NCBI GenBank assembly: GCA_002633005.1
Contig: NMRA01000515.1
Coordinates: 213,004 to 277,003 of the forward strand
Length of the DNA stretch: 64,000 nucleotides
Origin: Phoronis australis
Lineage: Eukaryota; Animalia; Phoronida
Direction: 5' to 3'
In this document: in pieces, positions 12,248-25,900 of the stretch
Layout of the letters: every line of letters starts with the position of its first letter
Numbering within the stretch: the stretch's first letter is position 1
Notes under the pieces: generated by a model
Told to the model about the DNA's origin: nothing
Databases searched by the model: none
Seen by the model: the letters and a program-made list of their open reading frames with translations, nothing else
Position numbers and translations under genes: made by a program

Positions 12248-13809
12248 AAAATCCAGTCCCAATTTTTGATAGCACCCCTTACCAAAGTGAATCGGATCAA
12301 AACAATCTTAAAAGTGTTTTGAAAACATAGTAAAAATATAGATATTGCATGGTGAGGGTGTTATTTTCTATGTCTCGACCCCTGAGTGAGATTTGAAGGC
12401 TTTATTACACGAGAGGAACAAGTGTGAACATTCTACCAAATCTCACTAAGAACATGTAATAAGCTGTACAAAACTCACAAAACATCATGAGTTAGTTAAG
12501 ATAACACTTTGGCTTCTCTCACCCTAGTTATCAGTGGCTAAGACTATATAGTAATAATTAGATTTAATTTATACTACTTTTCAGTAACATTAAATATCTA
12601 TTGAAGGGACGATTCTTCCCAGTGAAACATTGGCAAATGGAAACAATTGTAACCAGGAGTGAGCTTCAATTCCCATTAAATAACAGTAATTTAGAATTGA
12701 CAAATTACTCTCAAACAAATGAGATACAATACTTTACCAGTGTCAAGTTTAATAAGATGTGAGCACAATAAAACAGTTCTGTTCCGGATACACTGTATCA
12801 CCAGTTTCTTGTTTCTCTCCATTTGAAAGAGGCATCAAAAACCCGCAACATGGATAACGCGCAGCTTAAATCCTGACCAACAACTAACCACACAGCAGGA
12901 GGTGCTGAAGAACCCAAGCTGACTACATAGGACTGAAATGGCAGGCAATGCCCGATTGCTTTTGCTAAGTGACATGTTCCGTCAAATACTGAATATTGGT
13001 TCAGACCAATTACTGACTGAAGTTGATCTCCACTTTTCCCTTACACCCACAGCAATGCAAAGAGCTGACAGTAACCTTGAGACCATGATCAGACTGTCAC
13101 AAGCCAACTTGTACAGCCTGGTCTCAAGCTGTCATTTCTTTGACAGACCTGAAATCACCTCAGATTTTAAGAAACAACTTGAGACTAATTTCATAATGGT
13201 AAGTGGTCTAAATCAAAATTTGTTTTTGTGACAGTGAAGGCAGGTTTATTACCACATTCAAATAAAATTGCTTATAGCAGAGCACGTCGACTTTGTATTC
13301 ATTATTGTACAAGATATAAAATTCCATTTATTGAAACTTGACAAGTACTCGATATCCTTCATTCAGTGTGTGGGCAGCTTGAAGAATCTTGATGATTTGA
13401 TGGTGAAAGAGCAGTACAATGGCAAGTGTAGATATGTATTCTACAAATTAAATCAATTACAAAAACTGTTAACGCAACAGGCATTACTGGATATAACAAA
13501 GTATGATCAATTCATGCTTGATAGTACAACATGGCAAGAATATCTTACTAATGTCAAATGAGTTTCCTATAGTAAAACATTCCCAATTCTTGACAATACT
13601 ATGCTTTAGTAATGTTAAAATGTACTGGCAAACAATTAACATCATATCATCATAACCATTTTGCTAACCTCTATTTCCGTGGAGTGACACAGACACGTTT
13701 ATATTTGGCACAATTATCATAACGACCTCTGTCACTGCTCATTGCTCTTCATTGTGACAGTAAGTCATCCTACAAAAACACAGTCCAGATTATGACCACT
13801 TATTACAGA

Positions 13810-13951
13810 CTAATCTGAGAAAAAACCCCAGGCTTCAATGGCAGCAATGAAGAAGTCCTCTTGGCAGGTCAGCGGTGGACTGTTGTAGGTCTTGCATGAC
13901 TTCGTACGGCCGTGGTAAAAGTCACTATCCAACCACAATCCAAAGGATCCC
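13810..13951 (-). CDS. OXR1: OXR1 last coding exon (TLDc end)
   Basis: [46 protein letters not shown]. Confidence 0.93.
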
Positions 13952-16900
13952 CTTGAAACAAAAATCGTTATTCGACATGACTGAATGAGCACTTAACTTT
14001 GGCGAGTTCTGTTCATTTTAGAAGAAAATGAGTTAGGTGGACATCTAATGCAACATGGCTTCTGGTTAGTTCGCTCCTGGCAACATCTTGATTGGTGGAA
14101 ATTTATTGTCGTGCTCCCAACACTGAGCGCTGTTTCACTAAAGGTTTTTCTATATTTTTGATAACAAGTCCGACTTTGTGTCAACTTAAATTGCAAGGTC
14201 CTACAAGGTCTAACTTAAATAAAACATGAAAGGAAATGTTATTTTGTAATATCGTGTTCTAAATAACATGTGATTTAGACTGCTACAGGCGATTTCAGAA
14301 AGGTGGTTTAACAAAACAAACATGGTCTAATTTTAGACCTAACTTGCATTTCACCAACGCGGTTTAAAAGTCTGAAAGCCTGGTTTTGTTAGACCAGGGA
14401 GCGGGTTTAGTAAAACTAGGTTTAAAGTATCCAAGCCACCCAACTGTGTCAATCTGGACTAACCCAACAATAATTCAACAAAACCTTGATCACGTGAGTA
14501 TACAATGGCACACACTAGTAGAATTAGTGCAGACATTTGCGAAAAAGGTCTAAAATCTTTTCCCATGAGGAAAAATGTAATATCTGTGCCCAACACACGT
14601 ACACACATTAAAGTACATGCTCACGATTAGCCGTAACATGATAAATGCCCAAATTTATTTCTGTGTCATTTTAGTGTTTATTTTTCACAGCCAATGGGGC
14701 GTGGGGGCAAGACCCCTTCCCGGCAACATTAAATCGGGGACCAGTGGAGGTGGAACTCAGTCAGAAGAATCAGAAGATGCTGCCTTTAGTCAAACCCAAA
14801 GCACTTACGACGATGACGCCCTGCGCAACCAGTCGTATTATGAGGTCCTGAAGGACACTCTCCATCCAGCATGTACTGGAGGATCCAAGGGGGTCAAGTG
14901 ATGCGGACACCCTTTTTTCCTTTGATTTTAATATGAAATCTATAATTTTCAAATTGGTGACTTGGTCCCCCTTTTAAAAATTCTTGACTGACCCCCCCCC
15001 TTTAAAAATTCTAGATCCGCCCCTACTGCGTTTGACCTTGTGTCGTCGTAAAACTGAATATTGAAAATAGTCCATTCTCTCTCTAAAACTGTGTCGTCAA
15101 TGCACACCGCAGCATCATTCAGTTGCTCCTATATCATGCAAGTCTGTCATATTTAACAGTATTAAACCTGGGTCTGACCAAGTTAAACCTGGTGTGAGAT
15201 ATTAATACAGGTCCAAGGAATATAGACTTCGTTGGTGAAATAAAAACTGACTTAGACCAGGTCTAAACTGGAGTTTAAACAGGTGTTACTAGACCACTGG
15301 TCTAAAACTTAAATCACGTTAATGAAATTCAGATTATCTTTAAACCTGGTCGAAGTCTAGTTTAAACCAGGTTTAACTTTAAACCAACTTTATGAAATTG
15401 GCTGCTAGTGTTTCAAAAACGTAAAAGTAAAATAATCCATGAAAACTTTTCCTTTGGCTTCATGACGAGGTGTACAGGAACAAAAATGTTACCTACAATG
15501 CAGACCACCACTCCGTAATAATAGCGTTCAACAACTGATTTGAAGCAGAGAAGACAATCTATCTTGTCTGAATGCATAACAGTTTCAGTAACTCTGAATT
15601 GGCCTGCATGTAGTCACACCAGACAGAAGACTGTGCTTAGCATTTTACAAAAGGAGCCAGATGTTACCAGTCGTTCAGAACTGGCATAATGTGTTAATTT
15701 AAAAGTAAATGAACAGGAGAAAGCTCTAATTATGCCATTTCAGTTCACTCTATTCCCCACACAACGTCACAAATGTGATACCCAAAAAGATGATGTTGCT
15801 TACAATTTTTGTTACAAGCGCGTTACAACATAATTAAATAACTTTAATTAGAGACGTGCATATCACCGTGTAGTCACAGTATCACAATAACACATTCATT
15901 CAAACATTATGACACCATTTTCGTTCATATTAGGCTGTTTGCTTGCAAATCATGATATTGTAGCATTATCGCAAATTCCTGTTCTAAGTTGACAAGTTGA
16001 AACCTGCCGATCAGTTCTAGATATTAGTCAGAAACATTATTCATAAAAGTACAGAAAATCTCCAATCCTGTCAGAGGAGATGAGGCAAATTGAAAAATGA
16101 CATGCATTGTCCTGGTGATGTCTTACACCATTGAGCCTAAATTCAGTTAAATACAATTAAAGATTTTGAAAAACTAATTTGACAACAGGACAACCAGACA
16201 AAATGGCCACTGGAAGATGCTGTAGTGGTCAAATCCGCTGGAAAATTGACTGGGTACAGTGCATTGCTGTCACATACAACTGTGTCAAACTTCACTGAAA
16301 CCCATTGATCAGTTCACTAGACACCATCTGGAAACAACCCCAAAAATAGCGAAAAGCCCAACTGTTGAGATGAGAGTGGGCACTAAAGGAAACTACAGTA
16401 TGATGTTGAATTCATCTAAAAATCAACTGGTGCCAGAGGATGACTGTCATTTTCCTCTGAGCAAAGTTTCACTCAGTTTAATCTGAAGATATTATCAAGA
16501 AATGTTCTTCCCCTTGAATGCAATGAAAAGCCTGTTTTTGAGAACAAAATGGGGGTGTTGCAGTTTGCCCAACTTCATCCCACTTCAACCAGGGGTTTGT
16601 AAGATATCGAGCAGACACCTGGACAACTAAACGCCTGGACAGAATGACAACAATATGCTGCCATGTATATGACTTGCATATGTGTATACATCAACATGGG
16701 GCTGCTTAAAAAGTATTCTGAGCAATTGTACTCAAGGACTGCTCTTCTTATAAAATTGTGGTTCATTTCTTACAGTTTACACTCAACATTACAAGCCACA
16801 CTTACTCTCCAGCCCCGAATGCTAAACTTTCTTTGCTTCCTCGGATAAAGAAGTTATTTTCACCACTCCAGCGATACACCTTAAAATCAAATAAAAGAAC

Positions 16901-19900
16901 CATTACCAAGGGCAATGTTAATGTAAAAGGTGACGGGCAATAGCTTGTGTTCATATTCTGCAACACAATACACAAAAGTAATGGCAAAATTTTACTTTAG
17001 AAGTGTATTGCCTTCTGTAAACATTAATTACAACATAAGGGGCAATCCTGCAACACATTATGGTTAAGCTGTTCTGGGACCCAGACATCCAGGCATCACA
17101 TCAATGCCTGCTACTGCTACATCATTCCAGTCAATACCAGTTACATTTCATTTGTGCCTACTTTTAGGAACAGTTCAGAATGGCATTTTCAGGTGAGCCA
17201 ACAAAGTAAAACATCATGATTTACAATGAACTTCTTCATTACTGTGATTATTTTAAACTTCCTGACACTACTGTGGCCAAATAATGTTGGTTCTCAAGTA
17301 ATGGTGCATTTAAATGAAAAAGGACTTCATTCTTCACACTTCACTCTTCAGAATTAAATAAATCAACAGTCAGAAATATGACTCTTAATCACGTTGTTGT
17401 ACATATCCTAGTCATACAGCCAGCTTGACTCACCAAGAGACTGTCTTCACTGAAGGTGTATAAGAATGACTCTCCAGTGCCGTAGAAGTGATCATTCAAA
17501 GTTAATGCACAAGATGACATGACTCCAAACAGCTGCAAATGAAGACGGTTATACTTACATAGTATTGCTGCAGTACATTAAATGAGTAGTAAGTGAACCA
17601 TCTCAACCTGGTTTGTATCTAATGCACACGGACAGTCAGTGATGAATGAACTGAACTACACGTTTCATGAAACTACATGTAGTAGAAAAGGTTTTATTGT
17701 GATGGAAAATAATTGAAAAGAAGATGTGTAAATGTGTTCAGCATGGGGGTGATTGTGTTCCAACCTGCAAAACTGGTTTCATGTTCTGAATGTCACAGCA
17801 GCTCAAGTGGATCATCTTTGTGAGCAGCTGCAATTACAGTTTGAGCCTGGTTTGCATTAAATCAGGTTTTAATTTCCACAAGGCTGCAATGAAAATTGAT
17901 GCTGCGACTATCGTTTGCTATTACCATCCCCGTTACATATACTAGATTCTTAGCAATGTTCAAAGGAACCAACTTGTCAAATAACAGTTTAGCCTCCACA
18001 AGTCCAGTGATACACCAGTCAACATTAAACATACTCAAACTTTTCAAATAACAGTTTAGCCTCCACAAGTCCAGTGATACACCAGTCAACATTAAACATA
18101 CTCAAACTTTTCAAATAACAGTTTAGCCTCCACAAGTCCAGTGATACACCAGTCAACATTAAACATAATCAAACTTTGCAAATTTAGTGTGGCATCATTT
18201 ACTCATACTTTCAGACAACGCTCAGCCACCAAATAAAGATTGGAACTCTCTATCCTGCAGTACATTTATATTTACTAGGCAAATTCTACACTGTACAATA
18301 AGATTTTCATTATGACTTAATGAAAACCTAATACTATCACAGAATTTTACATATTAATCATTGATGATAAGAGCAAGATCTGAAAAATGGGGTTGTCCTA
18401 TCTCTCTGTAATAATCAAACGTAATTTATTCACCATAAACAAAATGGCTCAAGGACAGATGTTGTAAGAATTGTAGTTTCAATACACTGACAGGACTACC
18501 CCTACCTGAACTTTTCACATCAAGAAAAATACTAATTGTGAGTGGACTCCTTTCATTTAAAGACCGTCCATAACTGACATTTTTACGCTATTAACGAATC
18601 TGACAATATCTTCTAACACTAAGTGGTTATTGAGTTGTTTATCGGCAATGCTCGCATACAAGCTACATCTTATCACTATTGCCATGATGCATTTGGCCGG
18701 ACTGTTCACAAGTCACACACCAACATACCTGTAAAGGATCTTAATCGCATCAATATGAACATCGATTGCGGGGTACGCTTCTCATGGGGGTTTGTTGAGA
18801 ATAACAATTTACATCCTTGAATCATTTCTTAGGAAAAATGCATCCTACACTGCTTTTTTGGCTCAACTTAGTGCACATTTTTGTATACATACTAGACGGT
18901 TGTCCCAGCAGTTAACCAACCAACAACTTACACTGCCAAAGGTATCCTTAACGACCAACAATGTAGGTGAATCACAGTTGTTCATATTTCTGTAGAGCGT
19001 CTTCAGACTGAATCCATGTCTTTCTGTGCTGTAGATAAGTGACCATGGATAGCCCTCAGCACGGGGAGGAAGATTCTTGCTCAACTAAACATTAACATAA
19101 ACATGCATCAATAATAAGGAAGTTGCACATTCTCAAATAAAAATCCAGTATTAATCAATTAATTAATATACAAAATTAATTCATTCATTGAAGCAAGTAA
19201 TGTATGCATTGTGCTTAATTCAATAATTGTACATAAGATCCACAGCCAGAGTGTAGTATGTCTCAAAGCCATACGAATGTTCACACGACACGTTTTGAAA
19301 AGGATTTCGTATCTTTTCTACAAGAAATGACCAGCATAAACAGGGCTATACCAAAGTAATCAAAGAACCATGAGAGACAACATTTAAATTAAAATCTTAT
19401 TTTGCCTGAACACGTCAATTCAACAAACTCTCGAATGAGGTAAATGTTCACAAAAGCCAGCCCATGAAATGCTGACCTGTTTGACATGATTCTCACACAG
19501 AATGATTGACGGCTCTAGCAGGTCAGGAAGGGGAAGAGAGTCTTCAACATCCAGCAGTGATAAACGCCGTCTAGCCTCCTCTACATTCACAATCTGCAAA
19601 GAGAACCGACAAGGTAGATAACCTCAATAGCGCCATCTTACCTCTCCTAAAGCAATTTATGGGACACACGACATCATGCAAGCACCTTTGTGTGGATGCA
19701 TTTCCTAATCGCAAACTTCAGAAGGAAACCACATAAACACTTTATGAGCACAAATGCCGCTTTGTGTGTACTCACTGACCAACTACAGGTATTAGGTGAC
19801 ATCTGGCAAGACTTCTGTCATGTCCCAACATGGTAAGTACATTCCACTTCATTTCACAACTAAAAATTCATGACATTAAATAGAGTTGGAACAAACAAGT

Positions 19901-22900
19901 GATTTATCAGAAAAATCAATTCATGTAACTGAACCTTCAAAAGTTAGAGAAGAGGACATGACAATGAGTAAGTCCAACATGCATGTTGTCCTAGTCTGAG
20001 ATGACTTGCTCTAGCAACAGATATCTCTCCCTCGCACTAGATCACACCATGGCCACGTACGTGTTGGGTTCACGACAGAGGTCATCGATGTGTGCTCTAG
20101 TGACCAAACTATGAGAAGTGAACTGTTTTTGCCCAGGCTGTTACGCTTGTGTTACCTTTCATAGTAAATGACTTGATAGGGTACGCACTGTAAATATGTA
20201 TGGTAACAATAAGACAGACAAGTGAAATTTTGATTTCTCATTTTTTCTTGTCAATGAAAGACATGGAACACTAAAGTATGCTTTTGCATGTAGGTCAGCA
20301 ACATATGTGCCATCAGACAATATTTGGGTATTCACTCCACTGTTAGATTAAGCCCTTGAATGATGAAAAAGAGCAACCTTGTCAAGATTTAACAGTGACT
20401 AAGGAAACAAATACACCATCATGCCTTAGTGATGGAATAAGGCAACTCAAGAGAGCGAAATTCACTATTCTTTGACAACAGAAGCTGCATTACGCTTGAG
20501 TATGGCACTGACATGATATATCTCTACAACCACCCACCTCCTATGCACTGACATTATGTACCTCTGCAGCACTCTACAATCACTCACCTCCCAGTCCTTA
20601 GACATCTGCTTGCTCAACTTCTTATGGTGGTCATTGCAATCCAGCACAAACAAGTTGTCCTCCTCGTCACTTTCAACCACAACAAAACCATGTGACTTTG
20701 GATCAATCTCCTCCTCTGAACCATAAATATTGGGTGACCACTGGATGAAAAAAGCGTAAAGATGGTCGACTCTGAAAGCAGAAATAAAATGTTCCACAAT
20801 AGAAATCACACAGAAATCATTAAAAAGAAATCATTGTACTATGATTATATCTCACCAATTTAGGACATAATACTGCTAACAAGAGGGAATTTTATTTTCT
20901 CATTTTTCCATAGGTAGCACCAAATTAACACTTTTCCAAATTCATGTTCCATAGCTAACGCTGCACAATATTTTGAAAATTTGAGAGCATTCCAAATGAT
21001 GTTAAAAGACATTGAAAAAATGAAGAAATAGAAATCTTGGTAAATATTTTTGTCCGAAATTGGCAAGATTTTGCGTATTGATGAGGAGCAGAAAGCACAG
21101 CTATGAGACATAATCAGAATATATTTTAAGAATCAACCAAGGTCGGTGAGTTGTTCATTATTTGCTATCTGTAAGGATGTGGTTGGTAAAATGTATGAAA
21201 GCAGCAGTTCAGTACAACTGTGGATTGTAAGGACAGAAGTGTAATAAAAGTACCAGAATACAATAGGAAACATTCAATAACTGAGAGTGCGAAAGCATCT
21301 TTCTCTAGATCCAATTTCTAATTTTGGAGTCCAAGACAGGCCGTGTTGACAGCAGTGTTGACTTTATGACATGAGGGTTACAAATAATTTATATAAACGC
21401 CAGAAATATCTGGCTGCATTAATCGAGAATGCTGTATACCAGCTCCTTCTAGCAACAAGGCGCATTCACCATGCCACTATGGCTATTGCAACGCATGAGA
21501 AAAAGTAATGGATTGTCAGAAAAGAAAAGGAACTTATTCATGGCAAAAGTATGACATTATTGGATTGCCCTAATGGTGTATGAAGGGACAAAAATCTCGT
21601 CTGCATTATGCAAAATGTCTTGGACTGTGTTCCTTGGGCTTAAGGCATTAGCTTGCACTTGCAGTGAAACATCTTCACTTACAGAATGGAAACAGTGAAT
21701 TCTGACCCACAATGCAACATTCCTACCTCACACACCAAACACTTCAGTGGCCACCATTTTACTAATGGTTATACTAGGAAGACCTCAAGCATGCTTTTTA
21801 CAGGCATAATTTTGTATGGTCTTGCGTGATCTCGCTTTTCTCACAAAAAATTGGCGTACGGAATGCCCCGAGGTTATGGCAACTTTTTGTAAGAAGACAC
21901 AACTCACTTGTCTCGTGGAATCGAAAACCAGTACTCAGGTTTTTTCTTCTTCCTGTTGTAGGACTCAATGGGGCACGTTTTACTGACAGCTTTGTTAACA
22001 GGCATTCCCACCTTTAGACACAAAAAGAGTGGGGGGTCCTCATACTGCACTGCAGGTGATGGGATTATATCTACAAACACCAAGGCATTACTTATGAGCA
22101 ACCATATCTTCATCTTATCCAAGTTAAATCAAAAGTAAAGTAAATCTTTCAATAACAAAAATTAATAGCCACAATAAAATTATCAACATGACAATACAAA
22201 AATTCTTCAAAAAATCCTCATAATACTGATTTAAATAAAAACAACAAGCACACTTAAACTGATGGTCAGTTCAGGTTAAAACATTTTGAGAAATATTACA
22301 ATCCCCAGGTAATTACTGATCATACATGAAAAAAACACATTCTTGTCTATGAAAATATCAAACAAGGCAACTTGTAAAAAGCTGTCGCTGAATTCAGAGC
22401 ATTTCAGATTGAACTGAAAGTATTTCAATGCAGGTTCCATTCTGCACTAGACAGACTGGGAAGAATATTCAACACCAAGTGATCTTTGTACCACAGAGGT
22501 TAGGTTATTTCATAACGCTTTTTACCTTCAATTCAGAACACCCAGTTAGACATGTTGCATGAGCTAGTCTACATTAAAACACTGAATCAGTCTAGAGAAA
22601 CACAACACATTTTAGATGAGATTATTGATTTATTCATTATCAAAATAGGATTAAAAAGCCAACCATATGTTCGTGAGATAAAAGGAAAGAAGTACCTGAT
22701 AACTGAAGACTGCATTTCATAAATTTAATAAGTACGAACCAACGCAAGAGAAAATGTGGAAGCCAAGAGAGAAATTCTTTACAACACCCACAAACAATGT
22801 TTAAAATTCAGAGACAGGTAAAAGCAAAATGGACAGAAAGTAATACTCATGAATAAGGAGGTTCTCCAATTCATGGAAATACTTATAAGAACTTGAGAGT

Positions 22901-25900
22901 TTCTGATGAACGGCTTTTCTGCTAAAATGACTCATACAACATGAATGACAAGAGTAGCCCAGTAGAGCCTTTGTATCCACCCACCGAGAGCATCGCAAAC
23001 AGTGAAGAAGTAATGGGTGCTCATTTTTTTCAGTTATTTCCATAGTACTCGGATCCATCTGAAAATGACATCACTTGGGTAGGTTCTCCACCTTAGGAAC
23101 ACAAAAAGACGAATTCCATGAAGGTCTGTTGCAGATATCGAGGCACACATAATGAAAATTTGTCACCAGGATGCACCACGATAGTCAAATCCAAACAAAA
23201 AATCATCCCAGCCCTGTTTTCCATAACAGAAACACATACTTCATGAAGATCCATCAATTCTTAGACATGGACAACATTGCAACTAGGGGCCACTACAGTA
23301 GTCAGTCCTCAATACGACACATGTGTCATTTTATGTTAATGATTCATCAAGTGATTGGCAAATAAGGAAGCAGCTCCAAAAACACACCAAATCCATGTAA
23401 AACTGGGCAGGTCAATAGAAATACCAGTCAATTTCTGTTTGCTTACGAGACAGATGCCAAAAATGTACTACAAACTACAAAATAGTAAAATTGCCCAATA
23501 TGCCAGAGAAACACATCTGTCAAATTTCATGAAGTTCCATCAAGAGACTAGTTGCCCGTGGCAAAGGCATGAAAAAGGCAAAATTGCCAAAAGAGATTGT
23601 GACAGTAATTAGATCCGTTTGAAAGTCAAAATGAGTCATGTTCACGTTAACAGTAGCACTCCCACCAAATTACATGATGATCCTGTACAGAACTTTGTAG
23701 ATATTGTGACTACAATGCCTTCTTGCCTAGGAACACTTCACTCACACTTTAAGATGATACTTGGTGGAAGGATCAAAAATTATACAAAGAAGCTGTTTGA
23801 GACTGATGGCTGCTGCCATCTTTTGGCTGTTTATGATTTGTACTTGATGTGCTCTCCGGTGAGAGAGATAACAAACTAAGTTGGAACATGAGATTATGAC
23901 TTTGTGTTGTGTTGACTTCTTTTACTCTACAAATCAGCTGGCATCCTTCATGTGTTCATGTTAGAATCTATAACAGAGGCAAAGTGATTTTTGGATCTGT
24001 GCTAAAGTCAACATCAGTCCTGCTCTCATAAATAAGAATATATCCCTTATATTTCATGACCATGCTCCACTTGGTAGTTATTGCGGAAAGTGCAAAAAAT
24101 GAAGCTCCCACTAGATGACATAGAAGTATTTGGTTGTGTCCAAAAATCGACATCCGCCACTGTCTAATAGGAACATAATGATGTCTCATAATTCATGATG
24201 ATCCTTCATTCAACTTGGTAGACACGAAGTTAGGCCCAACTAGAAACTAAAGTTGCCATTGACAATAGTTACCTCTCTGACAGGACACATTTGGCAAATT
24301 CCATACAGATCAATTGAGTGACTTGCCACATATAAATTGAAACACAAAAATTTAAAATTGCAACTAGGTGGGACAGATCCATTTAAATGAAATCACGATT
24401 GAAGCCAAGGGGATACGACAGATGCGCAAAACCAACCAAACCCCCAGCTGCTGAAGTCTGCTCAAGGAACAAGTTCAGGTCCACCTAAGTCAGAACAATT
24501 TTGTTTCTAATGGGAGACTTTCAAGCAGTAGCCTTGCAACTGATTACGTGGGACAGGATAATAGCAGCTTCTAGAGCCAATTTCAGTTTTGATTAAAAAG
24601 TATCGCGTCTAACCAACCACACACACTGTAAAAGGGTCTTTTCACCAAGTCAAAATGTTTCCCCATGCCTCCCACTGTAAAAATAGTACCTCCTAGTACA
24701 GTCAGGTGGCGATGATAAGAGTTACCATTCACACTTAACCAACCCACATTGCTTTCTTGAGTTTGATGAATGTGTGACCTGAACAGGAGGCGACTCAACG
24801 AATGAAGATGTTGGCAGGACTGAGGGATCCACTAAGCTCAGTTCCACATCTACCTGTTGCAATAACTCACAATAGGTATGTTATTCATCGTCAGCTTCAA
24901 GGCAACATATTGGTCAAATTTCATGAACATCCCGCTGTGAGTTTAGATCGTGGATTGGACGCTGGATGGAGATGTCAGCAATATGACTCCAGATAATGTA
25001 CATGGAGACATAATTGTATTGAAAAATTAGTGAAGTGAATCAGATGTTTGTTAAGTGTTTACAGTTAACAACATAAAGCAGTGACCGTGAACAGGCACAC
25101 ATTCAAACACTGACATACCAATGATAAGGCCTGGGGGTAATTCAATATCTATGGAACAGAAAAGGAATACAAAAAATGTTTATTCTTGTAATGAGCATAA
25201 TAATGTGGTAAGACAGCCTAATACCAAAATGAGATGTGAAAAACATAACACTTTTGGTAAGGGAATTCACTTAAAATTGTCATTCAGTTCTTAATATCCT
25301 CCAGACCAGATCTAAGCCCCATGTTGTGCTTGTACCTTACAGAGCTGGAAATTCTTAAGGAATTAGTAATTGCTACTGACAAATCCCCAGCACCAAAACT
25401 TACCTTTGTTTCTCAAAATATCTAGTGAAACAAGATGTACATCATATACATTAGCCTGTTAAATTCCTTTCATATCCACACAACACAAATCAAGCAGTTG
25501 AAGCAGTGTCATAAAGTTAACTGACTCATACTCAATGAATACATTACAACTAAACAAGGCAATTAGAAGACTTGCAACATAACAATTCATTGCAGTAATT
25601 TACACCAAAAAAGCAAGCTGAAGTCGAACAAATGAAAAGTAAAAGCAATTCCAACTATGAGCAAATACATGCAAACAGAAGAAAGACCAAACGGACAATA
25701 AACCAGTGTGACAGACACTGTTCCTAATTAGTAAGCAGGTGGATACACCTGATGATGGATGTTAAGACTATCACACACATTCATAAACACACCAGTCAGT
25801 CATGAATGCAGCAGATAACACTGTGACAGTACAAACAGCAGATAAGATAGCTGCACTAGTATGTTATCATAGACAACAGGTAGAGAACTCGATATCCAGC

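Noticed and set aside
12938-13561. Two 97-aa + strand ORFs
   Set aside because: They are antisense to the probable OXR1 3'UTR, with no recognisable motifs or splice support.
20030-20240. Alternative OXR1 exon or first exon of a TLDc-only isoform ([11 protein letters not shown]...)
   Set aside because: The best acceptor gives an immediate stop in the required phase; other arrangements need a ~47-nt intron or weak splice sites.
22696-22710. Second microexon after a long pyrimidine tract on the - strand
   Set aside because: Possible lengths (14 or 7 nt) are not frame-preserving and the donor is weak.
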